Shown here in pieces: positions 21,206 through 32,000 of a DNA stretch of 64,000 bases (position 1 is the first letter of the stretch; each line of letters starts with the position of its first letter). The DNA is from Nitrospirota bacterium (lineage in GTDB: Bacteria > Nitrospirota > Nitrospiria > 2-01-FULL-66-17). A program made the translations under genes and the position numbers. Below the pieces are notes generated by a model. It saw nothing but the letters and a program-made list of their open reading frames with translations. It was not told the DNA's origin and did no database searches. The stretch is taken from positions 224,001-288,000 of the forward strand of contig JBMOMC010000007.1 in the NCBI GenBank assembly GCA_049325335.1, in the 5' to 3' direction.

Positions 21206-23359
21206 ATGAACAGTCCCTCTCACCACCGATTGCCTACTCCCCGCCGCCGGCCGTCCCCGGCAGGCCTCATCTTCCCGATCGCGCTCTTGCTCGCGATCGT
21301 TGCCGCGAGCAGCCAGGCGCAACTCATCGACCTCCCCGAACACAGCGTCCTCCAGGAACGGATCGGGGCCAGGATTCAAGCGCTCGGACGGTACGATCTC
21401 CAGCGCCTGAATAGGATTCATCACCAATGGAACCGTGTTGCGCGGACGGCCGCCGACTTTAATGAGACGCGCGAGATGCGGCGTCAAGAGTCCCTCGGCC
21501 ACACCATCGCCGCCGCCGCGCGCGCACAGTTCGTCGAACGTTCGGCGATCGAAACCTCGCTGGCCGACAGTCGGGGCCTCCGGGACGCGATCCGCAGCGG
21601 GGCGTGGCGCCAGGAGCACCTCGGGCTGGCGATCGTCCGAACCGCGGCCGCGCTTGCGCCGGGTGATCCTCGCTTTCGCGAGCGGCTGCGCGCTCGAGGC
21701 AGCGCGCTGATCGCGATGGAATCACGCGTGGGCCGTCGCGCCGACACACGCGTCGCCGAACTCAGCGGGCGCCTGGCCCAGCTTCCCCGCGACGAACTCG
21801 CCCGGTTGGCCGACGCGGTGACCGACGGCCATCGCACGGCGCACCTGTACGACACGGCGCACGACGCGTGGGTCGTACGCGCCATCCGCGGGCTTCAAGA
21901 CGAGATGGATTTTACGCGCAGCACCGACGATTACCGGCGCGTGGCGGACGACGCGAAAGCCGCGCTCGCGCCGCGGTGGGGGGTCGGCGGATTCTGGGAA
22001 TTCGGCGCGGCCGCGCTCGCCGGGATCGTGATGACGATGACCTGGTTCGGAGCGACCACGCCGGGCGACGTACGGCGGACGTCGGAGCAAACCCCGCCCG
22101 TGAAAAGGAGACCGTCCCCCCATCTCACAAGGAGAAGAGAGGGTGCCATGGCCCAATCAACCATCCTGTTCAGTTGGCCCCGCGAAGTGGTGTTCGGCAA
22201 CCACTGCGCGCGGGATATCGGACGTTATGCCGCGCGCGACGCCATGACCCAGGCGATGATTTTGACCGATGCCGGCGTGGTCCGCCAAGGCCTGGCGGAG
22301 CCGGTGCGAACCTCGCTGGCCGAGTCCGGCCTTCGCTGCGACCTGATTGACAAGATCACCAGCGAGGTTCCGCACACCTTCATCGGCGCCATCGCGAATC
22401 GATGCCGGGAAGCGCGGGCCGACGTGCTGATCGCGGTCGGCGGCGGCAGCGTGATCGACACGGCCAAAGCCGTCGGCATCCTGCTGACCAACGGCGGCGA
22501 GATCCAGGACTACGAAGGCATCGACCGCGTGACCCGCGCCATTACGCCCCTGTACGTGGTTCCCACCATGGCGGGGAGCGGGGGCGAGTGCAGCCAGTTC
22601 TGCATCGTGCTCGACACCGCGCGCAAGAAAAAGATCGAAATCTTCAGCCGCAAATTGATCCCGGACCGCATTTTTATCGATCCGACGTTGACCCGTTCGA
22701 TGCCGCCCGAACTGACCGCGGGCAGCGGCATGGACGCGTTGGCCAACGCCATCGAGGCCTACTGCTCCACGTGGGGCAACGCGCTGACCGACTCGCTCGC
22801 GCTCGACGCCATACGCCTCATTGCGGACAATCTGCGGACCGTGGTCGCCAACGGGCAACATGCGGAAGGCCGCCAACACATGGCGCTGGCCGCGTTCGAA
22901 GCCGGACTCGCCTTCACGAACGCGCAAAGCGGGGCCGTTCATGCGCTCGGGCACTCCTTGTCCGGCTTGTTCGACATTCCGCAACGCGTCGGCGACGCTA
23001 TCCTGCTCCCGCACGTGATGCAGGCGAATATAAACGCCGACATGCCACGCATGGCGAAGGTGGCCGAAGTCTTGGGAGAGCCGATCGCGGATCTGAGCGT
23101 CCGCGCGGCGGCTCAGAAAGCCGTTGACGCGGTGAAGCTGTTGCTGGCGGACGTGGGATTGCCCGCCACCCTCGACAAAGTGGGCGCGGATCGCAACGCC
23201 ATTTCGACGCTGAGCGAACAGGCCTTACAAGACACCTTTATGCGCACCAACCCCCGAGCGCTGAACTTTGAGGAGATCGAGGTCATCTACGAGGACGCAT
23301 TCGGCGACTATGCCGAAGTCGGATCACTCGCGGGTCGACGGGCCCCCACGACCCACTAG
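21206..23359 (+). CDS. Signal peptide/helical/TM region in frame with a degenerate iron-containing alcohol dehydrogenase (internal start at 22148)
   Basis: AAGGAG RBS with ATG at 21206; no stop before a second RBS and ATG at 22148. GGGSVIDTAK is present, but the metal-ligand motifs read DALANAIE and IPQRVGD. Confidence 0.75.
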   Translation: MNSPSHHRLPTPRRRPSPAGLIFPIALLLAIVAASSQAQLIDLPEHSVLQERIGARIQALGRYDLQRLNRIHHQWNRVARTAADFNETREMRRQESLGHTIAAAARAQFVERSAIETSLADSRGLRDAIRSGAWRQEHLGLAIVRTAAALAPGDPRFRERLRARGSALIAMESRVGRRADTRVAELSGRLAQLPRDELARLADAVTDGHRTAHLYDTAHDAWVVRAIRGLQDEMDFTRSTDDYRRVADDAKAALAPRWGVGGFWEFGAAALAGIVMTMTWFGATTPGDVRRTSEQTPPVKRRPSPHLTRRREGAMAQSTILFSWPREVVFGNHCARDIGRYAARDAMTQAMILTDAGVVRQGLAEPVRTSLAESGLRCDLIDKITSEVPHTFIGAIANRCREARADVLIAVGGGSVIDTAKAVGILLTNGGEIQDYEGIDRVTRAITPLYVVPTMAGSGGECSQFCIVLDTARKKKIEIFSRKLIPDRIFIDPTLTRSMPPELTAGSGMDALANAIEAYCSTWGNALTDSLALDAIRLIADNLRTVVANGQHAEGRQHMALAAFEAGLAFTNAQSGAVHALGHSLSGLFDIPQRVGDAILLPHVMQANINADMPRMAKVAEVLGEPIADLSVRAAAQKAVDAVKLLLADVGLPATLDKVGADRNAISTLSEQALQDTFMRTNPRALNFEEIEVIYEDAFGDYAEVGSLAGRRAPTTH

Positions 23360-23431
23360 GGACAGGGACCGCCGAGTCGGCGTCGGCCCTTCACCGGGGC
23401 CGATGCCGACGTTCACGCGAGCCTTGCGCGA

Positions 23432-24538
23432 TTGGATGGCTGTGTTACAGTTCCTCCTGCCGATCTCGGACCACGCCACCTGATGAAAACGCTGCGGGCG
23501 CTCCTCCATATCAGCAAACACCTCCCGTCCACGCAGAGCCGTCAGGACGTGCTCTTTCTGTTGGTGAACGCGATCGCCGGCCTGATCGAAGTGACCCGCT
23601 GTTCGATCATTCTCGTCGAGGAACATGGGGCAAACGGTCGCGTCCTGGCGACGTTCGAAGATCCCGCCAGTCGAGAATTCCCGATCGATCTGTGTAAGTA
23701 CCCGGAAATTCAGGAGGCCGTCACCACGGGCAACACGGTGCTGATCCGCGATGTCCAAGACGATGCGCGGATGCGCGAGGTGGTCCCCCTGTTCCGGCAC
23801 CTTCAGATTGCGTCCATCCTCGTGGTCCCGATGCGATGCGACGACCGCGTGCTCGGTACGTTGTTTCTCCGAACGTCACGGCCGCATCGCGCGTTCACCG
23901 AAGAAGAAATTCTCTTCTGCGAAACCGCGTCGTACATGGCGGCCAACACCATCTTGGGCCTGACCCAGTACCAGCGCCTATCCGAGGAACGGACACGGTT
24001 GGCCGAAGAAACTCTGCGCGATTCGTTGACCGGGCTGGGGAACCGGCCCAGCTTCTCCCGCGCCCTGGCCGAGTCGATCGCCTACGCTAAACGGCACCAA
24101 CGGCCCTTGGCCTGTCTGATGATCGACGCGGATAATTTCAAGCCGATCAACGACCGGTTCGGACATCACCACGGCGACCGCGTGCTCAAAGGCATCGCGG
24201 ACGCCATCACGGGCGCGCTCCGCGGGTCGGACGTGGCGGCCCGCTACGGCGGGGATGAATTCGCGGTGCTGCTGCGCGACACGGACGGTCCCGGAGCCTT
24301 CACTAAAGCCGAACGGATCAGGGACGCGGTCCGACACAGTCCGCTCCTGGACGGCGAGCCCCCCGTAACGGTGAGCATCGGCATCGCGGTGTGGAACGAT
24401 CTGATCGGCCTCGACCCCGACTATGACCTGCTGGCCGAGGCGGATCGCGCCTTGTACGACTCCAAGGCCAACGGCAAGAACCGCACCACGCCGACATTCG
24501 GCGACCGGCCGCAGCCAGCCAAATCCGACGCCGCGTAA
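23432..24538 (+). CDS. GAF-GGDEF diguanylate cyclase
   Basis: GAF domain, DSLTGLGNR, I-site RGSD, RYGGDEF; ATG at 23483 is an alternative start. Confidence 0.9.
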   Translation: MDGCVTVPPADLGPRHLMKTLRALLHISKHLPSTQSRQDVLFLLVNAIAGLIEVTRCSIILVEEHGANGRVLATFEDPASREFPIDLCKYPEIQEAVTTGNTVLIRDVQDDARMREVVPLFRHLQIASILVVPMRCDDRVLGTLFLRTSRPHRAFTEEEILFCETASYMAANTILGLTQYQRLSEERTRLAEETLRDSLTGLGNRPSFSRALAESIAYAKRHQRPLACLMIDADNFKPINDRFGHHHGDRVLKGIADAITGALRGSDVAARYGGDEFAVLLRDTDGPGAFTKAERIRDAVRHSPLLDGEPPVTVSIGIAVWNDLIGLDPDYDLLAEADRALYDSKANGKNRTTPTFGDRPQPAKSDAA

Positions 24539-24608
24539 GGCCCGTTCACCCTCCAGAAACACCATGAGGTCGGCGCCATGGGCGCCAACCTCACAAACAC
24601 GCATCTCC

Positions 24609-24633
24609 GGAATCCCGCGTTCGCGGGCATGAC
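24609..24633. repeat. REP-like hairpin between convergent genes
   Basis: GGAATCCCGCGTTCGCGGGCATGAC, a stem-loop of the GTCAT..CCCGCG..CGCGGG type. Confidence 0.5.
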
Positions 24634-24643
24634 CACGACTTCT

Positions 24644-24994
<351 letters not shown>

Positions 24995-25087
24995 TCAGGG
25001 TCGTGGTCACCAGACAGACGCCGACTTCCGGCCACCCAGACGCGGGTGGCCGGAAGCAGACGCATTTCAACATACTTCTTCGCTTCC

Positions 25088-25135
25088 AATCCCCCTCTTA
25101 ATCCCCCCTTTAACAACGGGGGCGAGGGGGGATTT
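25088..25135. repeat. CCCCC..GGGGG REP-like hairpin (related copy at 45555-45590)
   Basis: ATCCCCCCTTTAACAACGGGGGCGAGGGGGGATTT versus ATCCCCCCTTTGACAAAGGGGGGAAGGGGGGGATTT. Confidence 0.6.
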
Positions 25136-25144
25136 TTCCACCAG

Positions 25145-26239
25145 TTAGAACGAGTAGTACGCCGCGATTGCCGCGGTATTCTGATTGCCCGTCGCAGCGC
25201 CATCCTCGTCCGTAAAGGGCGCGCCGTCCGATCCGTCGTGGCGGAACTCAGCGCGCCACTCCAGGTTCTCTTTCATCTTGCAGGCAAAGGTGAGCGTCAC
25301 CTCACGCAGGGTCTGCGCGCTACCCGTGCGCGCCCCATCCTGATCATCGAATACCTCGCCTCGCAGCGTGACCGAGTGCTTGTCGCCAAGCCCAAGGTTT
25401 GCATAGATGGCATAGCCTTGCCAAAGGTCGCCTGCCGTGCCAGGACCAGCCGCAGCCGCCTGTGACCCGCGGTCATAGTTGAGCACCACGGCCACGCCAT
25501 CCATGGGCTTAATCGTCGCCACCACGTCGACAAGCCCGCGGTTGTCGTGGTGAGCCCCGACCGTGGACTCCGGCCCGTACATCCCCGTCACGGACAGCGA
25601 GAGCATGTCCGTCGGCGCCAAGCCGACCTGCAGTTCTACCGACTTCCCGGTGTTGTTGTCGCTGTCATTATCCCAGCCGTTGTTGATGCCCAGGTGCCCG
25701 GACAGTCCTGACCCCATCTCGGAGTGGAAACGCAGCCCGGTATGCGTGAACGGAATCGCGTAGCCAAATAGGAACGACCGGCTGATGTTGTAGTTGGCTG
25801 GTCCCTCGATCACCTCCGCGCCGTGAAGCGTGGCGAACTTTCCGAACTTGAGCTCCACGGCATCGCCGAACGCCTTGTCCGTCACATACGCCTGCTGCAC
25901 GAACAGGTCGGCACTGGTATCCGTCGCCAATGTATCGGCGTCCAGACCGTAGTTCAACACCAAACCAAACCCCATTCCCGAGTCCGTGCTCTTACTGAGC
26001 ACCAATTCCGCCATGTTGATCGTGAAGCTGTTGGCCGTTGTATCGAACACACGAAGGGCATTGGCATTCGTGGCCGGATCGTTATCGAAGTTGTACGTGT
26101 ACTGCCCCTCAACATACCCACTGGCCTTCACTCCACCTAACCCTTCCAGCCCCGCCCCATAGGCCGGCGCGCCCAGCGCGACCGCGGCCAGCGCGGCCAA
26201 CATCCCTTGTTGAACTGCTTTACTCTTCACTGCGTACAT
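25145..26239 (-). CDS. Putative outer-membrane beta-barrel porin (BBP2/OmpL-like)
   Basis: GGAGGAGG RBS, signal peptide, QQAYV, GKFATLHGAEVI, NYNISRSFLF, PFTHTG, C-terminal Phe. Confidence 0.85.
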   Translation of the reverse strand: MYAVKSKAVQQGMLAALAAVALGAPAYGAGLEGLGGVKASGYVEGQYTYNFDNDPATNANALRVFDTTANSFTINMAELVLSKSTDSGMGFGLVLNYGLDADTLATDTSADLFVQQAYVTDKAFGDAVELKFGKFATLHGAEVIEGPANYNISRSFLFGYAIPFTHTGLRFHSEMGSGLSGHLGINNGWDNDSDNNTGKSVELQVGLAPTDMLSLSVTGMYGPESTVGAHHDNRGLVDVVATIKPMDGVAVVLNYDRGSQAAAAGPGTAGDLWQGYAIYANLGLGDKHSVTLRGEVFDDQDGARTGSAQTLREVTLTFACKMKENLEWRAEFRHDGSDGAPFTDEDGAATGNQNTAAIAAYYSF

Positions 26240-26517
26240 TCCGTCCTCCTCCGTGTACCCCCTGTTCCTGGGAGCATGTGAATAATCCCCGGAGCTCCGG
26301 GACTCCGTCCGTCGAAAGGCGATTCCATACCGCCCCCAATGGCGGAACATCTTACACAGAAACACATCAGGAATCGAGCAAAAAATGTGTGGACAGGATA
26401 TCGGCCAAACACGGCCGTTGGATCACGGAACGCCCGGAGGCCGATGTCGCTCGACACCGACCTCCGGTATCCCGACGCACCAACCGACGGCCCGGCCTCG
26501 ATTCGTTACAACGCTCG

Positions 26518-28417
<1,900 letters not shown>

Positions 28418-28501
28418 AGCCCCTACTCCTTGTGTGAAACGTTCGTGAAAGGGTGAACACCACCGCCTCGCCACCACCACCCCGCTGACACAGGGACCTT
28501 T

Positions 28502-28517
28502 AGCAAGCACGGGGCCA
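28502..28517 (-). promoter_or_regulatory. Sigma54 -24/-12 promoter for amtB1-glnK2
   Basis: Minus strand TGGCCC-CGTGC-TTGCT, with exact GG-N10-GC spacing. Confidence 0.75.
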
Positions 28518-28624
28518 CCACATCCGATCCACCTGACGTCGCGTCACCGCACTGAAAACACTTGAGAAAATCCCATCAGGATGGTGTGGCGACCTCCATT
28601 GAGACACGACAGGCGACCACCAGG

Positions 28625-28846
28625 TCAGACATTTTTGTCGAGAGCCGACACTTTTGTCGAACGCACGATGCCGTATTTCTTCATCTTGTAGCGCAGCACG
28701 CGTTCGCTGATTCCGAGGCGGCGTGCCGCCTCGGACTGACTCCCGCTCGCCGCGGCCAATGCGCGCGTGATGAGGTCGCGCTCTAAATGCTCCACCGCGT
28801 TGCGGATCGAGGCATCCGTGTCATGCCGCGCGGCGTTCCCGCTCAT
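28625..28846 (-). CDS. Stand-alone Fis-type HTH mini-protein
   Basis: LERDLITRALAAASGSQSEAARRLGISERVLRYKMKKYGI; ATGA overlap with the nitrite reductase stop. Confidence 0.75.
   Translation of the reverse strand: MSGNAARHDTDASIRNAVEHLERDLITRALAAASGSQSEAARRLGISERVLRYKMKKYGIVRSTKVSALDKNV
28627..28659. promoter_or_regulatory. Tandem CGACA-N4-TGTCG enhancer-like sites
   Basis: AGACATTTTTGTCG (28627-28640) and CGACACTTTTGTCG (28646-28659). Confidence 0.7.
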
Positions 28847-31812
28847 GACCGCGGCTCCGTGGGCGCTCCGTCGCCGTGCGCGACGTGAACGGCCTTATCG
28901 CGGATCACGTGGCGCGCCAACCCCTCGAGTACGGATTCCAAGGCGTCGCACGGGACGTCTTCCATGATCTTGCTGCCGGGTTCGGTGCGCGGGCCGGATC
29001 GGCCGCCGACGAAAATATCCACCGCGTCCACAACGTGGCCGTTGATCTTGGCCCGTTTGCCCAACAGACCGATATCCGCCATCAGGTGGTTGCCGCAGCC
29101 CGACGGGCACCCGGACCAGTGGATCGAAACGGGTTTGCTGACGGAGACCTTCTGCTCCAACGCCCGCGCGATCGCGAGTGCGCGCGATTTGGTTTCGATC
29201 AACGCGAGACCGCAGTAGTCGGTCCCGGGACAGGCCACCAGACCGCGCATGATTTCGGAGGGATTGTAGGGCACCTCTTTGAGCAACGGCTCGTCGGCCA
29301 ACAACGCGCCAAGCTTGCGGTCCGGAACATTCACGAGGACCACGTTCTGTTCCGGCGTGATACGGATTTCGCCGCTGCCATAGCGCTCCGCGAGCCGGGC
29401 CAGGTCCTCGATCTGCTCGACGGTCAACCGCCCGATCGGCACCGCGAGCCCCACGTAGTTGAGGCCGGGTTGCTTCTGCCGGAACACGCCGATGTGCGTG
29501 TTCTTTTTTTTTGCATTCCGCTCATCGGTCCCAGCGCGAAGGAGCGGCCGGCCGACTCGCTGTTCGATGTCGGTGCGAAACCGCTTGGCGCCCCACTCCT
29601 GCACTAGAAACGCGAGTCGCGATTTGTTGCGGGCTTCGCGTGGACCATGGTCGCGGAATACCCAAATAATGGCGCTCGCAACATCCACCGCCTCCTCGGG
29701 CCGAACAAACACGTCCAGCGGGGTCGCCGGGGTGAATCCCCCCGATCCTTGCTTGCCACCGACCGCAACGTTGAATCCCATCACGGGTTCCCCGTCGATG
29801 GTCCGCGAGGCGGGCGTCATGGCGATATCTTGGGACTCGGAATGCGTGCAATTCTCCCGACAACCGGTGATGACGATGTTGAGCTTGCGCGGCAGATCCG
29901 TGAACTCCCGGTTGTTGATGAATCGCTGGGTGAGCGCGCGATTGATCCCCGCGGTATCCAGGGTTTCGGTCGGGGCCAGGCCCGTGACCGAACAGCCCAT
30001 GACGTTGCGGATGTTGTCCATGCCGGTCTGCATGGTGGTCAGCCCCACGGCCTGGAGCGCGTCCAAGATCGCGGGAATCTGCTCGATCGTCATCCACCGC
30101 AACTGCACCTGCTGCCGGGTGGTCAACTCCGCGAATCCGCGGCCGAACTCGCGCGCGATTCGGGCGAATTCACGGAACTGCGCGGCCGTGGCGATCCCAT
30201 TGGTCACGCGCACGCGCAGCATGAAGTGCCCGGGCGTGGGCGTTCGCAGAAACACGCCGTACCACTTCAGGCGCTGCACGTCGTCTTCCGTGATCGTTTC
30301 CCATCCTTCCTTGGCATACCGGGACAGATCAGGAAGCACGTCCAGACCGGGTTTGGCTTTCTTGAGCTGTTCGATCTTATTCGGCGCTTTCATCGCGACG
30401 GCGCCCTGCGCAGAAGCCGGCGCCAGGATCGCCAACAGTTCGTCCACCAACCCGACGCAGGTTCCGCAGCCGGTGGTGGCGCGCGTGCACTCCGCGATCT
30501 GTTGGCGCGAGGTGCACCCTTTGTCCTGAATCGCGGCCGCGATCTCGCTTTTGGTGACGCTGTTGCAGTTGCAGATCGTAGCGCTCTCCGACAGGTCGGC
30601 CACGCTGGCGGCCGTCGACTCCCCTCCGGCCAACAACGTCGCGCGTTCGGCGGAAATATCGGTCCCGGCCGCCATCTTCTCGCGGATCGCCTGACTGCCC
30701 GACGAATCACCGAGGAAAATCGCGCCTACGATCCGTTGGTCGCGGATCACGAGCTTCTTGTAGCTCTCCATCCCGGTATCGCACGAGAGCAGCACCTCGT
30801 CCGCGTCGGATCGCTCGATCACTTGCCCCATGGACGTGAGGTGAATGCCGGCCACTTTGAGCGTGGCCTGGGTGACCGATCCTTCGTAACGCAGGCGTCC
30901 TTCGCCCGCGATCGCGTCCGCCGCCACCTTGGCCTGTTCGAACAGCGGCGCCACCAACCCGTACGTTTGGCCCCGGTGTTCCACGCACTCGCCCACCGCG
31001 TACACGCCGTCAACCGACGCGGCCATGGTGTCGTCGACCAACACGCCGCGGTTCACGGCCAAACCCGCCTCGCGCGCGAGTTGCACGTTGGGCCGGATGC
31101 CGGCGGTGATCAGCACCAGATCGGTCTCGATCACCTCGCCGGTGGATAACCGTACGGCTGCGACCGCGTCATCGCCCAGGATCGTTTCCACGGTGCACGA
31201 CAGCCGCACCGCAATCCCCATCTTCTCGATCCGCCGACGCAACAAGGCCCCGGCCCCGGCATCGAGTTGTTGTTCCATCAGATGCCCGGCCAGGTGCGCC
31301 ACGGTCACGTGCATCCCGCGGTTGGTGAGACCGCGCGCGGCTTCCAGGCCCAACAGCCCGCCGCCCACCACCACCCCGCGGCGGTGGGACGCGGCCCACC
31401 GGATCATGCCCTCGGTGTCGTCGATATTCCGAAAGGTGAACACGCCGCGTTTGTCCAACCCGCTGATCGGAGGAAGGAACGGCGTGCTGCCGGTGGCCAG
31501 CAGCAGCCGGTCGTATCCCACGCGCGTCCCTTCCTGCGTGACCACGGCTCGATTCGGAAGATCCAGCGCGGACACACACATTCCGGTATACAGGTCGATT
31601 CCGTGTCGGTCGTACCACTCGCGCGGATTGAGAATGGTGTCTTGCACGGACTTGGCGGCCGCGAGCACGTCCGACAACAGGATACGGTTGTAGTTGACGT
31701 ACGGCTCCGCGCCGAACACCGTAATGCGCGGCGGATTGGGACGGGTCACCATTGCTTCCGCGGTCGCAATGCCGGCCATGCCGTTGCCGACCACCACCAC
31801 GTGTGTGGTCAT
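28843..31812 (-). CDS. Assimilatory nitrite reductase: NAD(P)H-flavin domain, BFD [2Fe-2S] and a complete NirA-type siroheme module
   Basis: GNGMAG, GGGLLGLE, CNCN..CGTC, LKWYGVF, LTTRQQVQLR, LPRKLN, CPGTDYC..SGCPSGC. Confidence 0.9.
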   Translation of the reverse strand: MTTHVVVVGNGMAGIATAEAMVTRPNPPRITVFGAEPYVNYNRILLSDVLAAAKSVQDTILNPREWYDRHGIDLYTGMCVSALDLPNRAVVTQEGTRVGYDRLLLATGSTPFLPPISGLDKRGVFTFRNIDDTEGMIRWAASHRRGVVVGGGLLGLEAARGLTNRGMHVTVAHLAGHLMEQQLDAGAGALLRRRIEKMGIAVRLSCTVETILGDDAVAAVRLSTGEVIETDLVLITAGIRPNVQLAREAGLAVNRGVLVDDTMAASVDGVYAVGECVEHRGQTYGLVAPLFEQAKVAADAIAGEGRLRYEGSVTQATLKVAGIHLTSMGQVIERSDADEVLLSCDTGMESYKKLVIRDQRIVGAIFLGDSSGSQAIREKMAAGTDISAERATLLAGGESTAASVADLSESATICNCNSVTKSEIAAAIQDKGCTSRQQIAECTRATTGCGTCVGLVDELLAILAPASAQGAVAMKAPNKIEQLKKAKPGLDVLPDLSRYAKEGWETITEDDVQRLKWYGVFLRTPTPGHFMLRVRVTNGIATAAQFREFARIAREFGRGFAELTTRQQVQLRWMTIEQIPAILDALQAVGLTTMQTGMDNIRNVMGCSVTGLAPTETLDTAGINRALTQRFINNREFTDLPRKLNIVITGCRENCTHSESQDIAMTPASRTIDGEPVMGFNVAVGGKQGSGGFTPATPLDVFVRPEEAVDVASAIIWVFRDHGPREARNKSRLAFLVQEWGAKRFRTDIEQRVGRPLLRAGTDERNAKKKNTHIGVFRQKQPGLNYVGLAVPIGRLTVEQIEDLARLAERYGSGEIRITPEQNVVLVNVPDRKLGALLADEPLLKEVPYNPSEIMRGLVACPGTDYCGLALIETKSRALAIARALEQKVSVSKPVSIHWSGCPSGCGNHLMADIGLLGKRAKINGHVVDAVDIFVGGRSGPRTEPGSKIMEDVPCDALESVLEGLARHVIRDKAVHVAHGDGAPTEPRS

Positions 31813-31841
31813 TGCACGTTCTCCATCGGTATCAACACATG

Positions 31842-31857
31842 AGCAAACCGTGTACCA
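31842..31857 (-). promoter_or_regulatory. Sigma54 promoter for the nitrite reductase gene
   Basis: Minus strand TGGTAC-ACGGT-TTGCT. Confidence 0.8.
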
Positions 31858-31925
31858 GCGTCAAATCGGCTGTCAGCGTCCAAACCAAACGTTGAGTGTC
31901 TTCCTGGCCTGCTCAGAGGCGGGTT

Positions 31926-31975
31926 CGACGATATTGTCGAACACTTCTGTGAAGCTTGGATCGACAATTCTGTCG
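31926..31975. promoter_or_regulatory. CGACA-N4-TGTCG enhancer-like sites
   Basis: CGACGATATTGTCG (31926-31939) and CGACAATTCTGTCG (31962-31975). Confidence 0.7.
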
Positions 31976-32000
31976 GATGGGCGCCAAACACGGGCTCAAC

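Noticed and set aside
26240..26517. Glutamine riboswitch or sigma54 promoter upstream of the porin
   Set aside because: No convincing consensus found by eye; an Infernal scan would be needed.
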